A stretch of 64,000 nt of DNA from Glycera tridactyla (taxonomy: Eukaryota), in the NCBI GenBank assembly GCA_965644265.1, contig OZ286461.1, positions 99,138,001 to 99,202,000 of the forward strand, written 5' to 3'. The notes under the pieces are model-generated. The model was given only the letters and a program-made list of their open reading frames with translations. It made no database searches and had not been told where the DNA came from. Positions 1-13,299 of the stretch are shown piece after piece. The stretch's first letter is position 1, and each line of letters opens with the position of its first letter. A program made the position numbers and the translations under genes.

Positions 1-512
1 AAAAGCTGGAAATACACAGGCCCGATGACGCAACTCGTGAAAGAACACGTTTCAGTAACACCATACATATCAAACTGAAAAAGCATCGACTGTGGCGCAG
101 CGACCACAATGCCTTGCACCATGCAAGTAAGACATGGAATTTCCTGCCTCCGAATTCAAGGAAGATCCAGAAAATAAAAGAATTCAAGACAAAGATTAAG
201 GAATTTCACAAACAGAATTACTTTGGCACTATTTAATAGAAAATAATCAAATTCGACAGACAACCTTTCCTGACAATGACTGAACCGAGACATTTAAGAC
301 AGAATTGCTGTACTATATGTAAATGATAACACAATACGATACTAATATGTTTCTCTGTGCAAACTAACCTATCCACTGATGCATTATATGTTACCCTGCA
401 AAGTGTACTCGAGGGTATATGAAATGTACGTTTGAGCACACCTATCCATGTATATATATTATATCGTATGTACTCGAGTGTAAATAAAGTTTATCATATC
501 ATATCATATCAT
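1..512 (+). mobile_element. 3' end of CR1/L2-group LINE (ORF2 C-terminus, 3'UTR, AATAAA, (TATCA)n tail)
   Basis: Frame 3 from base 3 reads ...SKTWNFLPPNSRKIQKIKEFKTKIKEF...* (WNxLP C-terminal motif; stop at ~236); AATAAA at 483-488 followed by (TATCA)4 at 492-511. Confidence 0.8.
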
Positions 513-2190
513 GAGGTATCCCTTAACCCAGTGCATGCCGACTGATACCACTTCACCAGCCATAGGCCCCTCAGCTGAATAGTAGCAGTGATCTTTCTTT
601 CCTCCACCACATATTGCATTTCAGCATATTGCATCATGCTCGCATTTTACGTGTGACTAAAACTCCACATCTATTCTCTTGTCTCTGTCTATCACCATTT
701 TTAAGCTTAGTTGAAAGTCTCACGCAGAAGGTGTGATTGTGATCATCCAAGACCCCCTCTCTCTGCACCCTAAACCGAAGCTTGGAATAGATGCAGCCCA
801 TAAATCTCTGGGCTGCTATTTCTCACTCATGTAGCGTGATTCGAAATCCTACCATCTCATATTTGGCGAATGATGTCGACCAAGATTCATATCGTCACAA
901 AATGGAACAATGAACAAGGCCGTAGTGCTGAGGCGCGCACACCTACACCCCGGTACAGCCGCAGTCATACATTTCCTTCATATACCCGTGTTTATATCCA
1001 TGTGGGTGTAGCGAGAAACGTATATCAAGGAATGTTATTGGCCCGCTAACCAGACGCTACATACAACTAAGCCCCAAATGTTGGTCCTGACAGCACACCA
1101 AATTGCAGAGAGAGAAAGCAGGGCACGCCTGCATGAAAAGGTATTGCTTCCCAAATGACTATGAATACAATGTTTCCTCCCATACAACTTCAGGTCAGGC
1201 ATGAGGGGAATACCCTCAGGCGTATCCCAACGCCCCCACCCTCATCTTTTACCAAGGTACATATCCACCTCTTGTATCCCTTCATTACATTACCTGCGGA
1301 TGCATGAAGATGGATCCACTTCAATACGCATGACTGCGAGAAAGGGCGAACCGAATAATATTAGCCTTGAATAGTTATATATTCATTGATCTATTTTCCA
1401 TGATCACGAAACTGTACCTGTGTCACATGACAGCGATGATCCATAAGATATCAAAATCACAGGCCTGCGCTAAGACTATTCAGTAAGGGATCATGAGCCT
1501 CACACAGTTCTACGTGTGTGACGCCCTGAGATGAGACAATATGCATTCCAAACTATTGTATGGCTCTAACTGAAGCAGCCGTAACAATTCCAGTCACCAA
1601 GGCGAGTGGTTGGTTGAAAAGGCTATGAATTTGATCTGACGGGTCACAGCTCGAGCCTGGTGACAAGAGGTTCTCTCTGTGTATGCAGAAATTAGCGATT
1701 CCATTGGAATTAATCACTTTTCTAGTTGTTGTAGAGTCCAAGTGAAGGTAGGCAAAGGGAATGCTGGATTTGAGGGAGAGACAGGGACGGTATTCACACG
1801 TGGTGTATACCTGTGGTGAGGTGACAGATCGCGTCATTTCCAATCAGATGTGTGACATACTTGTCAGCCAGATGAACTATTTAGATCTGGGTCACTCGGA
1901 TCGATGCTTTATGGAAGAGAACTGATTGACCTTTCCATATGCATGGATTGACCTCCATGCTGCTCGATCTGTATACTAACACAACCTGCCTGCTGAGGCC
2001 ATCTCCAGCTGTAGCATTACTCACTAGTGCCATTTTCCTTTTTGAGAACACTTTTCAGTGTGTCCACGAGCTCCGATGTAATTCAAGATTGAATGAATGA
2101 GTGGTCACCCAACTAAAAGTAACCAATAGATACCATGATCCATATCGTTCCTCTCCAGTGTGGACATTTTCCCAGCAGTTATGCGAGTTG

Positions 2191-2420
2191 AAAATTTGTT
2201 TGTTTTATAACTTTATTTTGCTTCGTCAACAACAATTAAATGCATGTGATAAATCAACATAATATCCATTTTCAGGGAGACGAATATAAGAACATAACAA
2301 CATAAAAAAAACTTATGATTCAATGAATAGATGAGGTGAGTTATCTACAGTATAAATGAAAATGAGAATGCAATGAGTGAGGTGAGTTGATGTGAACTGA
2401 CACGCGTGACCCATAACAGT
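2191..2420 (-). mobile_element. LINE 3'UTR terminus, same family as the 8430-8520 terminus
   Basis: Minus strand: TTCGTC..CCTGAAAA...GACGAA-GCAAAATAAA followed by a (CAAA)-like tail; closely resembles the 3' end of the RT-bearing copy at 8430-9880. Confidence 0.55.
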
Positions 2421-2989
2421 GAACAATGAATTTATGTCGTATATGGTATAGGTGTGGACTTCAACTCGCAAGTATTTGTCTAGGCTATGTTATTTACCCA
2501 GCCTGCATTTCGGAAAACACAAGGAAATACAAGGAAATATAGTCGCAGAAAGGGCAAGTTGGTTCTCGATATAAATACGAGATACACGGTACTAGGTATA
2601 ACCTAGCAAATAGCAAATAGCAGATAGCAGGTAGCAAATAACATTGAAAGGATTGTAGATGATTCTACTGTGTACACACTGGAAAGCAATTACAATATAC
2701 AACATACAACATACAACCTACATGTTACATAGTACAGCACTATGTGACTGTTAGTGACTGTATGAAAATGCACTGAATATGATTGTTTTTATGTTCGCCA
2801 TGTTTCACCGATGCACAGATAAGAAGTGATAGTGGAGAGATCAATGAAAAGCCTTATTCTACTGATCCACTGCCTCGATGTCGTGATCGAAGGAACACGC
2901 TGATATTGGTCAGGAGATAGGCGAGAGTGAGGTGAAATTGTGTGCTGCTTACAGCAAGTTCATGCTTATTGTAGGTCAATTAGCATGAA

Positions 2990-3290
2990 AACTACTAAAG
3001 TGGAATACACGGAAGTCTGCCTCACTCTGTACAAGTCAGGACAAGTCATCATGTACCTCGTCAGCTATTGGAAGCGACTGGGTGTCGCTTACAGATGCTG
3101 TAAGCAGAAAATACGAGACCACTCAATCAGCAATCAACATGGAGAACATTTACATTCCAGCTCCATATCAGGCCCGAAGAACATCGAAAAGTTAGTACAT
3201 GATCCTAGGAATACTTCAAGAACATCGTAGCACCAGCATTATGGTCACTCTTCCAGGTCGAGTGGATTGCATTGTTGTTTGATTTTTTGA
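2990..3290 (+). pseudogene. Degenerate LINE ORF2 C-terminal fragment
   Basis: ORF 2940-3230 contains LTLYKS, matching the LxLYKSLIxPH motif seen intact at 3857-4345 and 8849-9382. Confidence 0.4.
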
Positions 3291-3331
3291 AGTTTTGGTT
3301 GATTTGATGGTTGGTTGGTTGGGTAGTCTTA

Positions 3332-4422
3332 AGTTTGGAGTGTGCTGCAGCTTCCTGGAAGCAATATTTTGACGCCGATTTTTTTTCAATTCTTTATTTT
3401 GATCTCAAAAAACAATGACCCTATCTGAAGACCAGATACATTCAGGTCGTTTGAGAACAAAACAGTATGTACAATATATACACAGACATGATATCTTACA
3501 TGAATAAATGTTGCACAGATGCCATATACGATGCAGTAGCATGGTTGATTGCCATTGAGCTTAATTGGGCTCATCTAATGAAAAAAGAGACTGGAGCACA
3601 TTGTGGCGACTGTTCAGTACGTAAGACGAGATTGTATCATAGTTTCCGTAGCTTATCCTTTTCATTATTTTTGAGCAGTTCGTAAAGTCCTTTGGCATTG
3701 GTCGTATCTTTACTGGGTTCTGGTAAATTGTTCCATGAAATGCTTCCTCTGATAAACAGATTTCTTTTTGCTGTTTCACAGCTGACACGTGGAATTTCAA
3801 TTAGATGCTTGGCAGATTGGCAGGCGTTTACCTCAGTGTTGTATTTTCTGGTTACTCTATTGGATATAAGGGGGGGGGGGTGCATTTCCGATCATTATTT
3901 TATGGATTTCCAATGTGCTTCTAATTTCTCTGAGTTCCTGTAGATATAATATGTCAGTTGATTTGTGTAGCATTACACTTGGTGTCAGACGATTGGCATT
4001 TAAAACACAGCGTAAAGCCTTGTTCTGCGATACTTGGAGTCTGTTCTTCTGGGTTTTACATGTAGCGTCGTATAAATAGTCGGCGTACTCAAAGTGAGGG
4101 GCTATTAGAGATTTGTACAACTTCAGAGCGAGGTCCTTGTTGATGTACGGTCTCAGTCTCCAAAGTCTACTTACTCTGTGCCAAACTTTACTCACTATTG
4201 TGTTTATATGCTCACGAAAACTGAGAGTTGGATCTAATGTAAGTCCAAGATACTTAAATTTCTGAGGTTTGTCAATTGACTGACCATGTCTAAGGATATT
4301 TATATCCGATGTTCGATTGACGTTGTATCTGCTACCAAAGAACATGAGCTTGCTCTTTCCAATGTTTAACGTGAGTTTGGGGTGTGCTGCAGCTTCCTGG
4401 AAGCAATATCATGACGCCGATT
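3332..4422. repeat. 49-bp direct repeat pair (3332-3380 and 4374-4422) bracketing the LINE fragment
   Basis: AGTTTGGAGTGTGCTGCAGCTTCCTGGAAGCAATATTTTGACGCCGATT vs AGTTTGGGGTGTGCTGCAGCTTCCTGGAAGCAATATCATGACGCCGATT, 46/49 identical. Confidence 0.9.
3381..4373 (-). mobile_element. 5'-truncated CR1/L2-group LINE: post-RT ORF2 region, 3'UTR, AATAAA and short poly(A)
   Basis: KLTLNIGKSKLMFFGS...KFKYLGLTLDPTLSFREHINTIVSKV...LYKSLIAPHFEYADYLYD...RLQVSQNKALRCV (ORF 3857-4345), then RGSISWNNLP (ORF 3561-3800 region, shifted frame); minus-strand AATAAAGAATTGAAAAAAAA at ~3381-3398. Confidence 0.9.
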
Positions 4423-4699
4423 AATACACTTTTTTTCAGAGTTCAGAAAGTACTACCCGAACATAAATTGAGAGGCAAAGTCTGACACTGGATTGAAATT
4501 TGTCCATTACGATAATTCAGCGAATGTATCCTGTGTGAAGAATTGAGCCACATAGCTGGAAATATTCTCAGCATTTATGGTCGATACATCAATGTGTCGA
4601 CACCTATTATCGGCCTTTGACATTTACCTCACGCTTGGATGTCAATTAGGGCCGCCCTATATTGATGAGCCGATGTTCATGACATGCTTGCGGCAACTG

Positions 4700-5900
4700 C
4701 ACACTTTTGAAGATCTTTGATGTCAGCGACTCTCGAAAGACCACAGCGGAACCCGTCCATGAATCCGCAAGCAAAACTGTGGGGATATCTTGCTGTATGC
4801 GCATTAGGCTTGGAATGATGGGTGCATATCGAAAAGCTCGGGAGGCGAGCAGCCAGTCGAAAGCGAGAATGTGGATCAGGTTGAAGACCCTCGCCAGATC
4901 GGGAGTGACTATTCACGAGAATTGTTGACAGCCACCCCCCCCCCCCCCACCCCCCCCCCCCACCCCACCCCTAATATGAAAACCACTCTCCCGGCATGTT
5001 ATTCTTCCACATTTGCTCGCCATGACTGCCACCAGCACCACCCATATATGCGTATGGGTAAGTGTTTTGTTGGCGGGAGGGGGGCAAGATCATGACAGTC
5101 CCTTCTCACTGTTCGTAGTGAATCCACCCCTTTCTTTTATGGTGATTCATTTTTTCAATGTGAGTGATAAGACCTGCACTTGGAATATGCACATCAACAA
5201 AAACTCTACACTCTACCTTCAAGAGATTGAATTCAATATTATCGCTCCCGAAATTAGTTTCATTCTCCCCAGGATTCGGGATAATGGTCAAATTTGAGGG
5301 CTGGCATTCCGATGTAGACCCTTCTGACTCAATGGAACATGAGATCGCACACATCCACTACATCATTGGAGGGCTGGCATTCCGATATAGACCCTTCTGA
5401 CCCAATGGAACATGAGATCGCACACATCCACTACATCATTGGAGGGCTGGCATTCCGATATGGACCCTTCTGACTCAATGGAACATGAGATCGCACACAT
5501 CCACTACATCATTGGAGGGCTGGCATTCCGATATAGACCCGTCTGACTCAATGGAACATGAGATCGCACACATCCACTACATCATTGTTAAGGTTCCCTG
5601 ACCATACTGGTGGAGTGGGTGCCAATTATGCCCCCCATATCCGTCATTGTCAGAACGTCCAATTTATTGGATGAGACAGGTGGTGCAATAGATAAATGAT
5701 CCAGTGTATATTGCAACTGCTATCTACAACGGGTCCTAGCATTGGTCTGCCAGCATTTGCACTAGGGATACGTGAAGAAGTGACCATTTTGAGGGAGAAA
5801 TTATACTCATCATCATCAACTAATCACTGCCAACCAACCAAATACAACGTTCTTCAAGCAAACAATACAGATCCATAGCATGGGTGAAACGATGGAATCT
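4700..5900 (+). pseudogene. Degenerate LINE 5' region: ORF1 C-terminal-like segment followed by start of APE endonuclease
   Basis: RMWIRLKTLARSGVTIHEN resembles the LKGSGVxIxED motif of L2/Crack-type ORF1; HFFNV...EFNIIAPEI...IRDNGQI resembles HLNVRS...FDIIAxSETW..IxDxEI; GGVGANY after the tandem repeat resembles GGGVAxY. Confidence 0.45.
5296..5587. repeat. Minisatellite, 73-bp unit x4
   Basis: Unit GAGGGCTGGCATTCCGATRTRGACCCKTCTGACYCAATGGAACATGAGATCGCACACATCCACTACATCATTG starts at 5296, 5369, 5442, 5515. Confidence 0.95.
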
Positions 5901-6249
5901 GATGTGACGAGATGCTTAGAGGCTCTTTATTTGGTGATGACTGTATATCACCTGTAGAAGTTTATACACAAATAGGAATCGCGCCACTTGGTGGCTGGTG
6001 TTACCCAATGATTGTGGTATGCAACCCATTTATTACCTTCTCCATGACGACACATGATCATTCACTCAAGCTTTCGCTGCTCTTCATGCAATGTGGCACT
6101 AGCCTTCGTGAATGTCATGTAATGTGAATTTTAGACTATTCGAGATCATACGTTTTGGTTGGCTAAGATGAACGGAATATCATCGCCATCCGTTATCCAA
6201 GGTGGTGCAGTGTTCAGTGAACCAGTATTCAACGTAGTGAAAACATACC

Positions 6250-8300
6250 CCAGACTCTTCACCAGAAGTGATTTTGGTAAAATCATATAGGATTCTCTGA
6301 AGGGGTCTATTGAAACATCTCTGGTTACATCAGTGCATGGAAACGTTTGATGTCGCTCCATTGTGCTGCATGACAATGAGGTGGCAGTGCGATGGTCAGG
6401 AGGCCAGGCCTGCATCAGTGGGGTTGATGTTAGTACTATCGCCGGTAGTGATAGCAGAAACATTTGTGGCAGTGGCAGTTGTAGTAGTTAAAAATGGAAT
6501 TTGAGAGATCGAATGAGAACTGAATACAGAGAACAATAAAGACGGGGGCAGAGGAACTTAGGACCCCATTCCTGGTGATTGGATCCACCAGCTCCAAAAT
6601 GTCCGTGATGAATGCACGTTATGTTCGTTCACACATACTTATGAAGAGATTGAATGACGTTTGAAGCAGAAAATGATGAAATCGCTCGCCCCAGCACTAA
6701 AGTCACCCTTTCAATATAGATTCACGATTATTGAGAAAGTGAGGCGACTCATATATATTTATTCCTGAATTGATGGTATCCGTTGGTCACAATAGTTTTA
6801 TCCAGTCTCTCACACGTATAAACAAAGGTGGTTTTGAGTGGATCTCCTCCTCAACGTTGCACAACAACCCATTACAGCTGAGGACATGCCTGCTTCCAAA
6901 AAGCTTTCAGAGTAACACTCATTCAACCTGAGGGGAAATCATCGTGAAAGGAATGCTGTCCCTTGCATTGACAGATCGTATGTCAACTTCGATGAAACAG
7001 GAGCGCATGCATATATAACCCTATTGTGGGCAGTAAGATGTCTGTTTATATTATGTCCTAAGAATGGTTGATGCTTGTGTAGGGTCCAGCCGATGGAAAT
7101 GTGTCTATTGATGTGAGTGATGTCATATTATATGGTCAGGAAAGACGTCACCTATGGGGAAGGAAAAGTCTCCGATGGCAGAGTGAATATCGAGTAGCGT
7201 GGCTTTCAACAAGCCCAGCATACAGGTGCGATAGGATGGGGGATACGTCCCACTGAATGGACTCAAGTACTGTGTGGGCATTCAAACAGAGGGTTCATGA
7301 TATTCAGTCAGCCTGTGGAAGAGGTAGGAATTCTAGTTGCTCCAATAAATATTGGCTTGGTGCATTCTAGATTTACTCGGAACACACCCACCATCATCTA
7401 ATGCAGCTAGTATTAAGCTGGTTAGGGTTGTGAGGACTGGACTTGTCACATCATCATTGTCATCGTCGGCATCATCGNNNNNNNNNNNNNNNNNNNNNNN
7501 NNNNNNNNNNNNNNNNNNNNNNNNNNNNNNNNNNNNNNNNNNNNNNNNNNNNNNNNNNNNNNNNNNNNNNNNNNNNNNNNNNNNNNNNNNNNNNNNNNNN
7601 NNNNNNNTGATAAAGATACTCGACAATATCACTACTAATGAAATAGACAGACTGCTGCTAGGATCAGTTTGAGAAGAAGCCCTGCTTCGTGGGATGATCT
7701 AATGTACCGCATTCTGTTCATAACAAGATCTCCATAACATCGTCAACTACATCTGAAGTTCACTCAGGACACACTCGCCTCGATTCATTATTCTTCACAT
7801 GTTTGTGAGAGATGGGTCAATGCATCACACACTACTCACAAGTTCGTGTATGGATTCATCAGGTGAACAGCGTATCAGTGGTAATCCCATATGGGGTGCT
7901 CATCACTTGGTCATGTGAGCCCTGCTTCGGTTTGCATGGACAGCATTGGTATCAATTCCGTGTTATCAATTCGATGTATCGTTCAGTATGTAATATATTA
8001 GGAAATTGACTGTCTAAATATGGGTATCGAAAGCTCCACCTGAGCTGAAAGGGGGCAACAAGAGCTGAAATATAGTAAATACTTGATAGTACTACAAGAG
8101 CTCAAATGTGTATTTATGGATTGTTGACTTTAGCTAAGTGATCGAGCAATTTCAGCTGACGCTTTTGAATCGAGATTAAATATTCGCTATAGGATGGACA
8201 ATTGATAGTAACATGGCCTTATCAACCTGGGATATAGGGTAGACAATGATATTTGTCTAAATGTCAAGCCTTCTTCTGATCAATGTTTCTTTCGAGCCCA
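6250..8300 (+). pseudogene. Old LINE ORF2 remnant (copy A): APE, linker and start of RT; spans assembly gap
   Basis: IET(W)LHQCM..FDVAP (ETWL-like, after a small indel); RHLWGRKSLRWQSEYRVAWL aligns to NHAPKKSLLAKSDHQPWV of the 42872 ORF; FRVINS and KYGYRKLH resemble YRPISL and QYGFRKxH. Confidence 0.5.
7478..7608. other. Assembly gap (131 N)
   Basis: Run of N. Confidence 1.
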
Positions 8301-8429
8301 GTTTTCAATCATGATTATCATGACTATTATGATAATGATATTGATAATAATCATAAAATGAATGGAAGGGCTTCACTGGCTTCATGGCTTCACCAATTGA
8401 CTCGAAATCCTATCCGACCTTCATCGTAT

Positions 8430-9880
8430 TTGTTTTGTTTGTTTTAACAGTTTATTTGCTTTCGTCAATACAATTAGAAGATATGACAAACATTCGTTTT
8501 CAGGATGACGAATAATACACAAAAAACATCAAATACGACACGGTGATTGATTGTGAAGTGATAGATGAAGCGTAAATGAAGTGAGATGAGAGGAAATGAA
8601 TGATGTGAGTATGTATGATTGTGACCAAATTACTCATATTTACTAATAGTTCCAATATGAAATATTCAATCGAGCAGATATTTCACATAAATAGTACGTG
8701 GTCATTTCCTTTCGCTGGATCGGTCGTCTACCTTTTAGTTATCTTTATCTGGAAATCTTTCCGCTTTCAAATGTCATTTAAATTCCTCATTACTCATGAC
8801 TAAGGAGTTTTGGAAGGTACAAATGTGGTTGTTCCAAGCTTTGAGGCTCTATAGCGGAAATTTTTTTTCAGAAATTTTACATTTTACTCTATCTGTTTTC
8901 AATATTGGTGAATTTCTAGATCGTGTGCCATGAGCATGAGTGGGTTCTATTAGTTCACAGATAGGTTTTGCAGTAAACGATCCAGATAATATTTTCTTTA
9001 CATGAATCTGGTCATGCTCATGTCTGCGTTGTTCTAGAGTCTGTATTCTGAGGTCTTGATGTAACTGGTTTGTGTTGAATCTACGAGGTCTTCGATCAAT
9101 ACAGCGAAAAGCAATGTTTTGTAGTTTTTGTAGATTGAAAGATTCACGTTGTGATAAGCAGTTATAGATAATGTCACCGTAGTCAAAGTGAGGCAGTATA
9201 AGCGTTTTGTACAGCATGATGGCAGTGTTTCTATTCAGAATTGGTCTCAGACGTTTCAAGACCCCTAATTTACCTGGAGTTTTGTTTCGGATATGAGCAA
9301 CATGGTGTCTAAACGTTAGCATTGGATCCAAACATATACCCAGATATTTCATCCTTTCAACTCTTCCAACATTCAGCAACATTCAAATCGACAGTGGTGA
9401 ATCATTTCAAGTTATGTGGGAGTCCGAAAAACATATATTGCGTTTTCTTCAAATTCAGTGATAAATGATTTCTCCTCATCCAGATAGAGACCGAGTGGAG
9501 AATTTTATTTAAATTTGTCTTCTTAACGTCTGGCGAATCACTTGAGATACTAATGGCAGTATCGTCAGCATACAATTGTGACACAATGCTCACAGATGTG
9601 GTTTCCATATAATCATTGCAGTCTTTTTGGTCACATGCAGAGTTCCTCAAGAATGATGGTAAGTCATTGATGTAAAGACTGAATAACAGTGGACCAAGAA
9701 TCGATCCCTGAGGAACTCCGCATCTAACTGGTAATATATCAGGCGTATGTGTACCCACTCTCGTCTCACATGACCGATTCAATAGGTAACTACACAGCCA
9801 GTTCACACAAGTTTGATCGAGTCCATACATATGCATCTTACGTAGCAAAAGCGCATGGTCCACCGTGTCGAAAGCCTTCT
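8430..9880 (-). mobile_element. 5'-truncated CR1/L2-group LINE: RT domain, C-terminus and 3'UTR
   Basis: KKAFDTVDHALLLRKM...CGVPQGSILGPLLFSLYINDLP...LYADDT...LSLNLKKT (9402-9863); MKYLGICLDPMLTFRHHV...LYKTLILPHFDYGD (8849-9382, shifted frame); minus-strand AATAAA at 8451-8456 plus (CAAA)-type tail. Confidence 0.92.
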
Positions 9881-9899
9881 TTCATCATGAAGTGGTCTG

Positions 9900-10900
9900 T
9901 GCAGCATGTACAGGGCGCAATTGAATTGTCATCATCATCATCATCCCTCCCTTCGCCCATTCCTTCCTTACATCCTTCTCATCACCATCATCGGGCGTGG
10001 CTGCCGACCCTTCATACATCTGCTTGCATGAATGTCCGTACCATACGTTCTCCATTGCTGAACCACAATCCCATCCATGACCTCCGAAATTGTGCTGGTG
10101 ACTTCGTGGGCAAAAGAAGGTTGCTGTGAAGGCATCCCGAGGGATTCTGACCGCAGCTGACGATGTGAGGTACATGCCACGTCTAATCTTGAGCTCCACC
10201 ATGCTATTCGTTCCAACACACTTCTTCTCCAATACGTACAGGCTGGTTGCAGATATCTAGCGGTTATTTGTACTGTATCCCTCACACGCTTTATCGGAAC
10301 ATCTGACTCAGACAATACAAACATTTCTACAAAGTGTCAGTCGAACTCAAATAGTCTTGGGATGAGATTCCCGGATGTAGCCTGATCAATTCGTGAAAAT
10401 GAGGTGATTCCTCAAGGTTATGAAAAGGACCTTATCCCATGAGGTAATGAAAAAGGACAATATGTGAGGATGCGTAAGAAATATAATAAAAGTTCATCAG
10501 AAGACAATAGGCCTTTGACCATTATTTTTCCTGGTGGGTATGAATGTGCATTGAGTCCTGACCTGAAAGACCTTTAAGTCTTTTCACTGTCACTTTTGAA
10601 TCAGCTGCTCCGTGAAATATATGCACTCCGATGAATATGAAATTCTGATAGTCGCAAGTATTATGATGACCTCAGCAGAATTACGTTTTTGTAGTTATCA
10701 TATCTCTATTAAGAGAGAGACCTGCAATAATTCGGGCTGGAATCTCTGATATGTGTGGGCATCCGGACCTGGATATTTTCTCTTCTAAGAAGTATTGATC
10801 CCAGACAAAATCTTTGCTTTAGTAGGCTGCCCCCCACACACGGGTCAGTGTCGCAATGATTGGAACCTTTGGTGTAGAGATGTAGAATCAATTTGCTCAC
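9900..10900 (-). pseudogene. Older LINE APE/linker remnant abutting the RT fragment
   Basis: CVGGSLL (GGGV-like) and VPIKRVR...YW (HAPxKxxR...PW-like); RT homology of the downstream copy stops just upstream of KKAFD at ~9880. Confidence 0.3.
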
Positions 10901-11258
10901 TTGCATGATTGAACAATTCGACGTCCAAATACACTGTTCATTATTCGATGCGTTTGCCTGGCCCTTGGATAAAGATTCGCGAGCCCAGTATCACTATCTG
11001 TGAATATAACTGAATTATGAGGTTATCAAGTAACTATTCCAGTAACTATGTCTGATATGATCGTATCGACCAATTATATCCTAATGAATAAAATCTCCCT
11101 TCACTTTTCGAACAAGTGTGATCTTGAAAATAGTCATCTGATTGATACTTTTCAACCCGAGTCATGTACCCCAACTTGTTAATACGATATAGGGTTTAAG
11201 GGCATGGTATGCAAACACCGGTGCGGATGTGTTTCATCGAGCAAGGTGCTAAAACAGT

Positions 11259-11672
11259 ATGAAAGACACGACACAATCGATTCATTGCATCCTTCTCGAG
11301 TGGTACCTAATTTTACATGAAGGCATGATCTCTTCGAAAAATCGTTCTCATCGTTCCTCAAATCTATGCAACGAATATAATTTTAACTCACATCTGAATA
11401 GCTACAAAGCTAACTTCATATCACTTTCCAGTCTTCTCATGCATGATCAAGATTTTTTCAATTATATAGGAACCAAAATTTCAAATTTCCAACCGAGAAA
11501 TCATTTCCATGAAATTCAAAATCAATTTTCAAAATTAGGTCTGTCGGTCATGAACATATATGGAGCTGCTCGTGGGGGGCCACCGATCAGCCGCCGTACG
11601 AGCACCCGAAGAAGGAGAGCATCCACTCCGGAATCGATTGTGGACATAGGGCATAGGGCTACTGAAAAGTGA
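11259..11672 (+). pseudogene. Possible LINE ORF1-like remnant
   Basis: KLGLSVMNIYGAARGG...ESIVDI weakly resembles the IERAHRLG...RPIIVxF ORF1 motif; judged by eye only. Confidence 0.2.
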
Positions 11673-13299
11673 TTCAAAAATAAATCACGGGAGCCGTACA
11701 GTTGAGTTGGTTATCTTCACAAGAAATATTATTATCATTTTTTTTATCATCATTTTTATCATCACTTTTATTGAAGCAACACCACCACTGAGCCTTCCAT
11801 ACAGACAGAGCAACAAGCTTGTTCCAATAGTAAGTGCACATAAGTATATGGATTTATAAGATGATCCTCCTGAGAAAACAGGTGAAGTTGACAAAGTAAT
11901 TTTTCGTTGTCGGTGTATCGTGTCGAGGTCTTCAGAGATATCTCCCAAAGCAAGTGACCAACATAACAGCCAAAGAGTTGCCCTCTCTGCTAAGATGAGA
12001 GCACCCAAACAGCATTTGTTGGTAGGCTTTCTTGATTCCATATGTAATTGACTGTGTGCACGACATTTTAATGAGAGCAGAATCAGAATAAAAAGGATCC
12101 GTGGAAGCGAAAAAAGAGATGATCTGGAATGGCCTCATCTCAACATAGCAAGCTGAATGGGTGATGAATACTGATTAGTGGTTCAATTCTTTGTTTCGCA
12201 GTTCTATTGGGCCATGTGCGTGACTGTGTGCCCACCAAAATAAAGCGATTGGAGCACATCATTCAATTTGGATGCAACCTACAGACTGTCTTTGGGGGAT
12301 GACTGGGTTTCGCCTGTAAAAGTTCGCACCTTCATGTGCGCCACATCCATTGTCACTTGGCACTACCAAGTGTTTATGGTATATAACATGAATATTTCCT
12401 CGTTTTTGTGATCTCCGCCTGCGGCTGGAGATCACTATGCTACCACCTCTCTGCTCGAACAGTACACCAATTTCGCTGATTCTGACTCTTGAGGCTGATA
12501 TAATCATATGAATCTTGATCGAAGCTGTATGAAAGGATCAATGTAGCGATTACGTAATAGGAATTTTTCTCAACAGTGCGTAAAACCAGCCAATCAGGGA
12601 TCAGTACTCGGCCAGATTCCTGGAGGAGGGCTTGTCACCACTCCCACCCCCTGTCTACGCAGTTTGTCTGTCTGTTTGAACGATATAACTTATCTAATCT
12701 AACACGATTTTGATATGATTTATTGATCTAATTAACAAAAATTTGTGTAAATGTAGCGATTATATTGGACGAAATTCTCTCGATACTTGTATTGTGGCCG
12801 ATTACCGACGCACGCAGATGTGTATAGTTGCGCACGAATAGTAGGTAAGTGCAAGGCCTTCTGGGGCTTTATGACAGAAGAAATATCGAATTCACGGTTG
12901 AAATGACCATATGAATGGATCCTTCGACATCCATTTGTCTTATTTCCATGCAAAAATCTCGAAAAATCAGTGTTTTGGTCGATATGATAGTTCGTAGAGG
13001 ATGTAAAGTAGTGCTTCTTGCTCGGCGCACGTGGACGCCCCTGTTACTATTTTGAATAACTTCATCTGGTCAGTTGTCATTTCATCACTTGCTTTTCGCC
13101 AAATATGGCGTTAGCTTTGTTGGACCTCGTGTGATGTATGGTTATTAGACTATATGCAGGGCTGTGCTCTTTGGATCGCTTTGGGAAACTAGCGACCCTC
13201 AAGTTATCTTCGCGGGCTCAAAGTGTCCAGTAATTCGAGGTGGTTCAATGTTTCGTGAACTCAAATCCAAACAATGCTGTGTGCATGTGAGCTATTTCG

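Noticed and set aside
7110-7370. Possible alpha-1,3-fucosyltransferase-like exon (YG...VAWL...CG...KY)
   Set aside because: Better explained as the LINE APE-RT linker (HAPxK..PW), given its position between ETWL-like and QYGFR-like motifs; internal stops.
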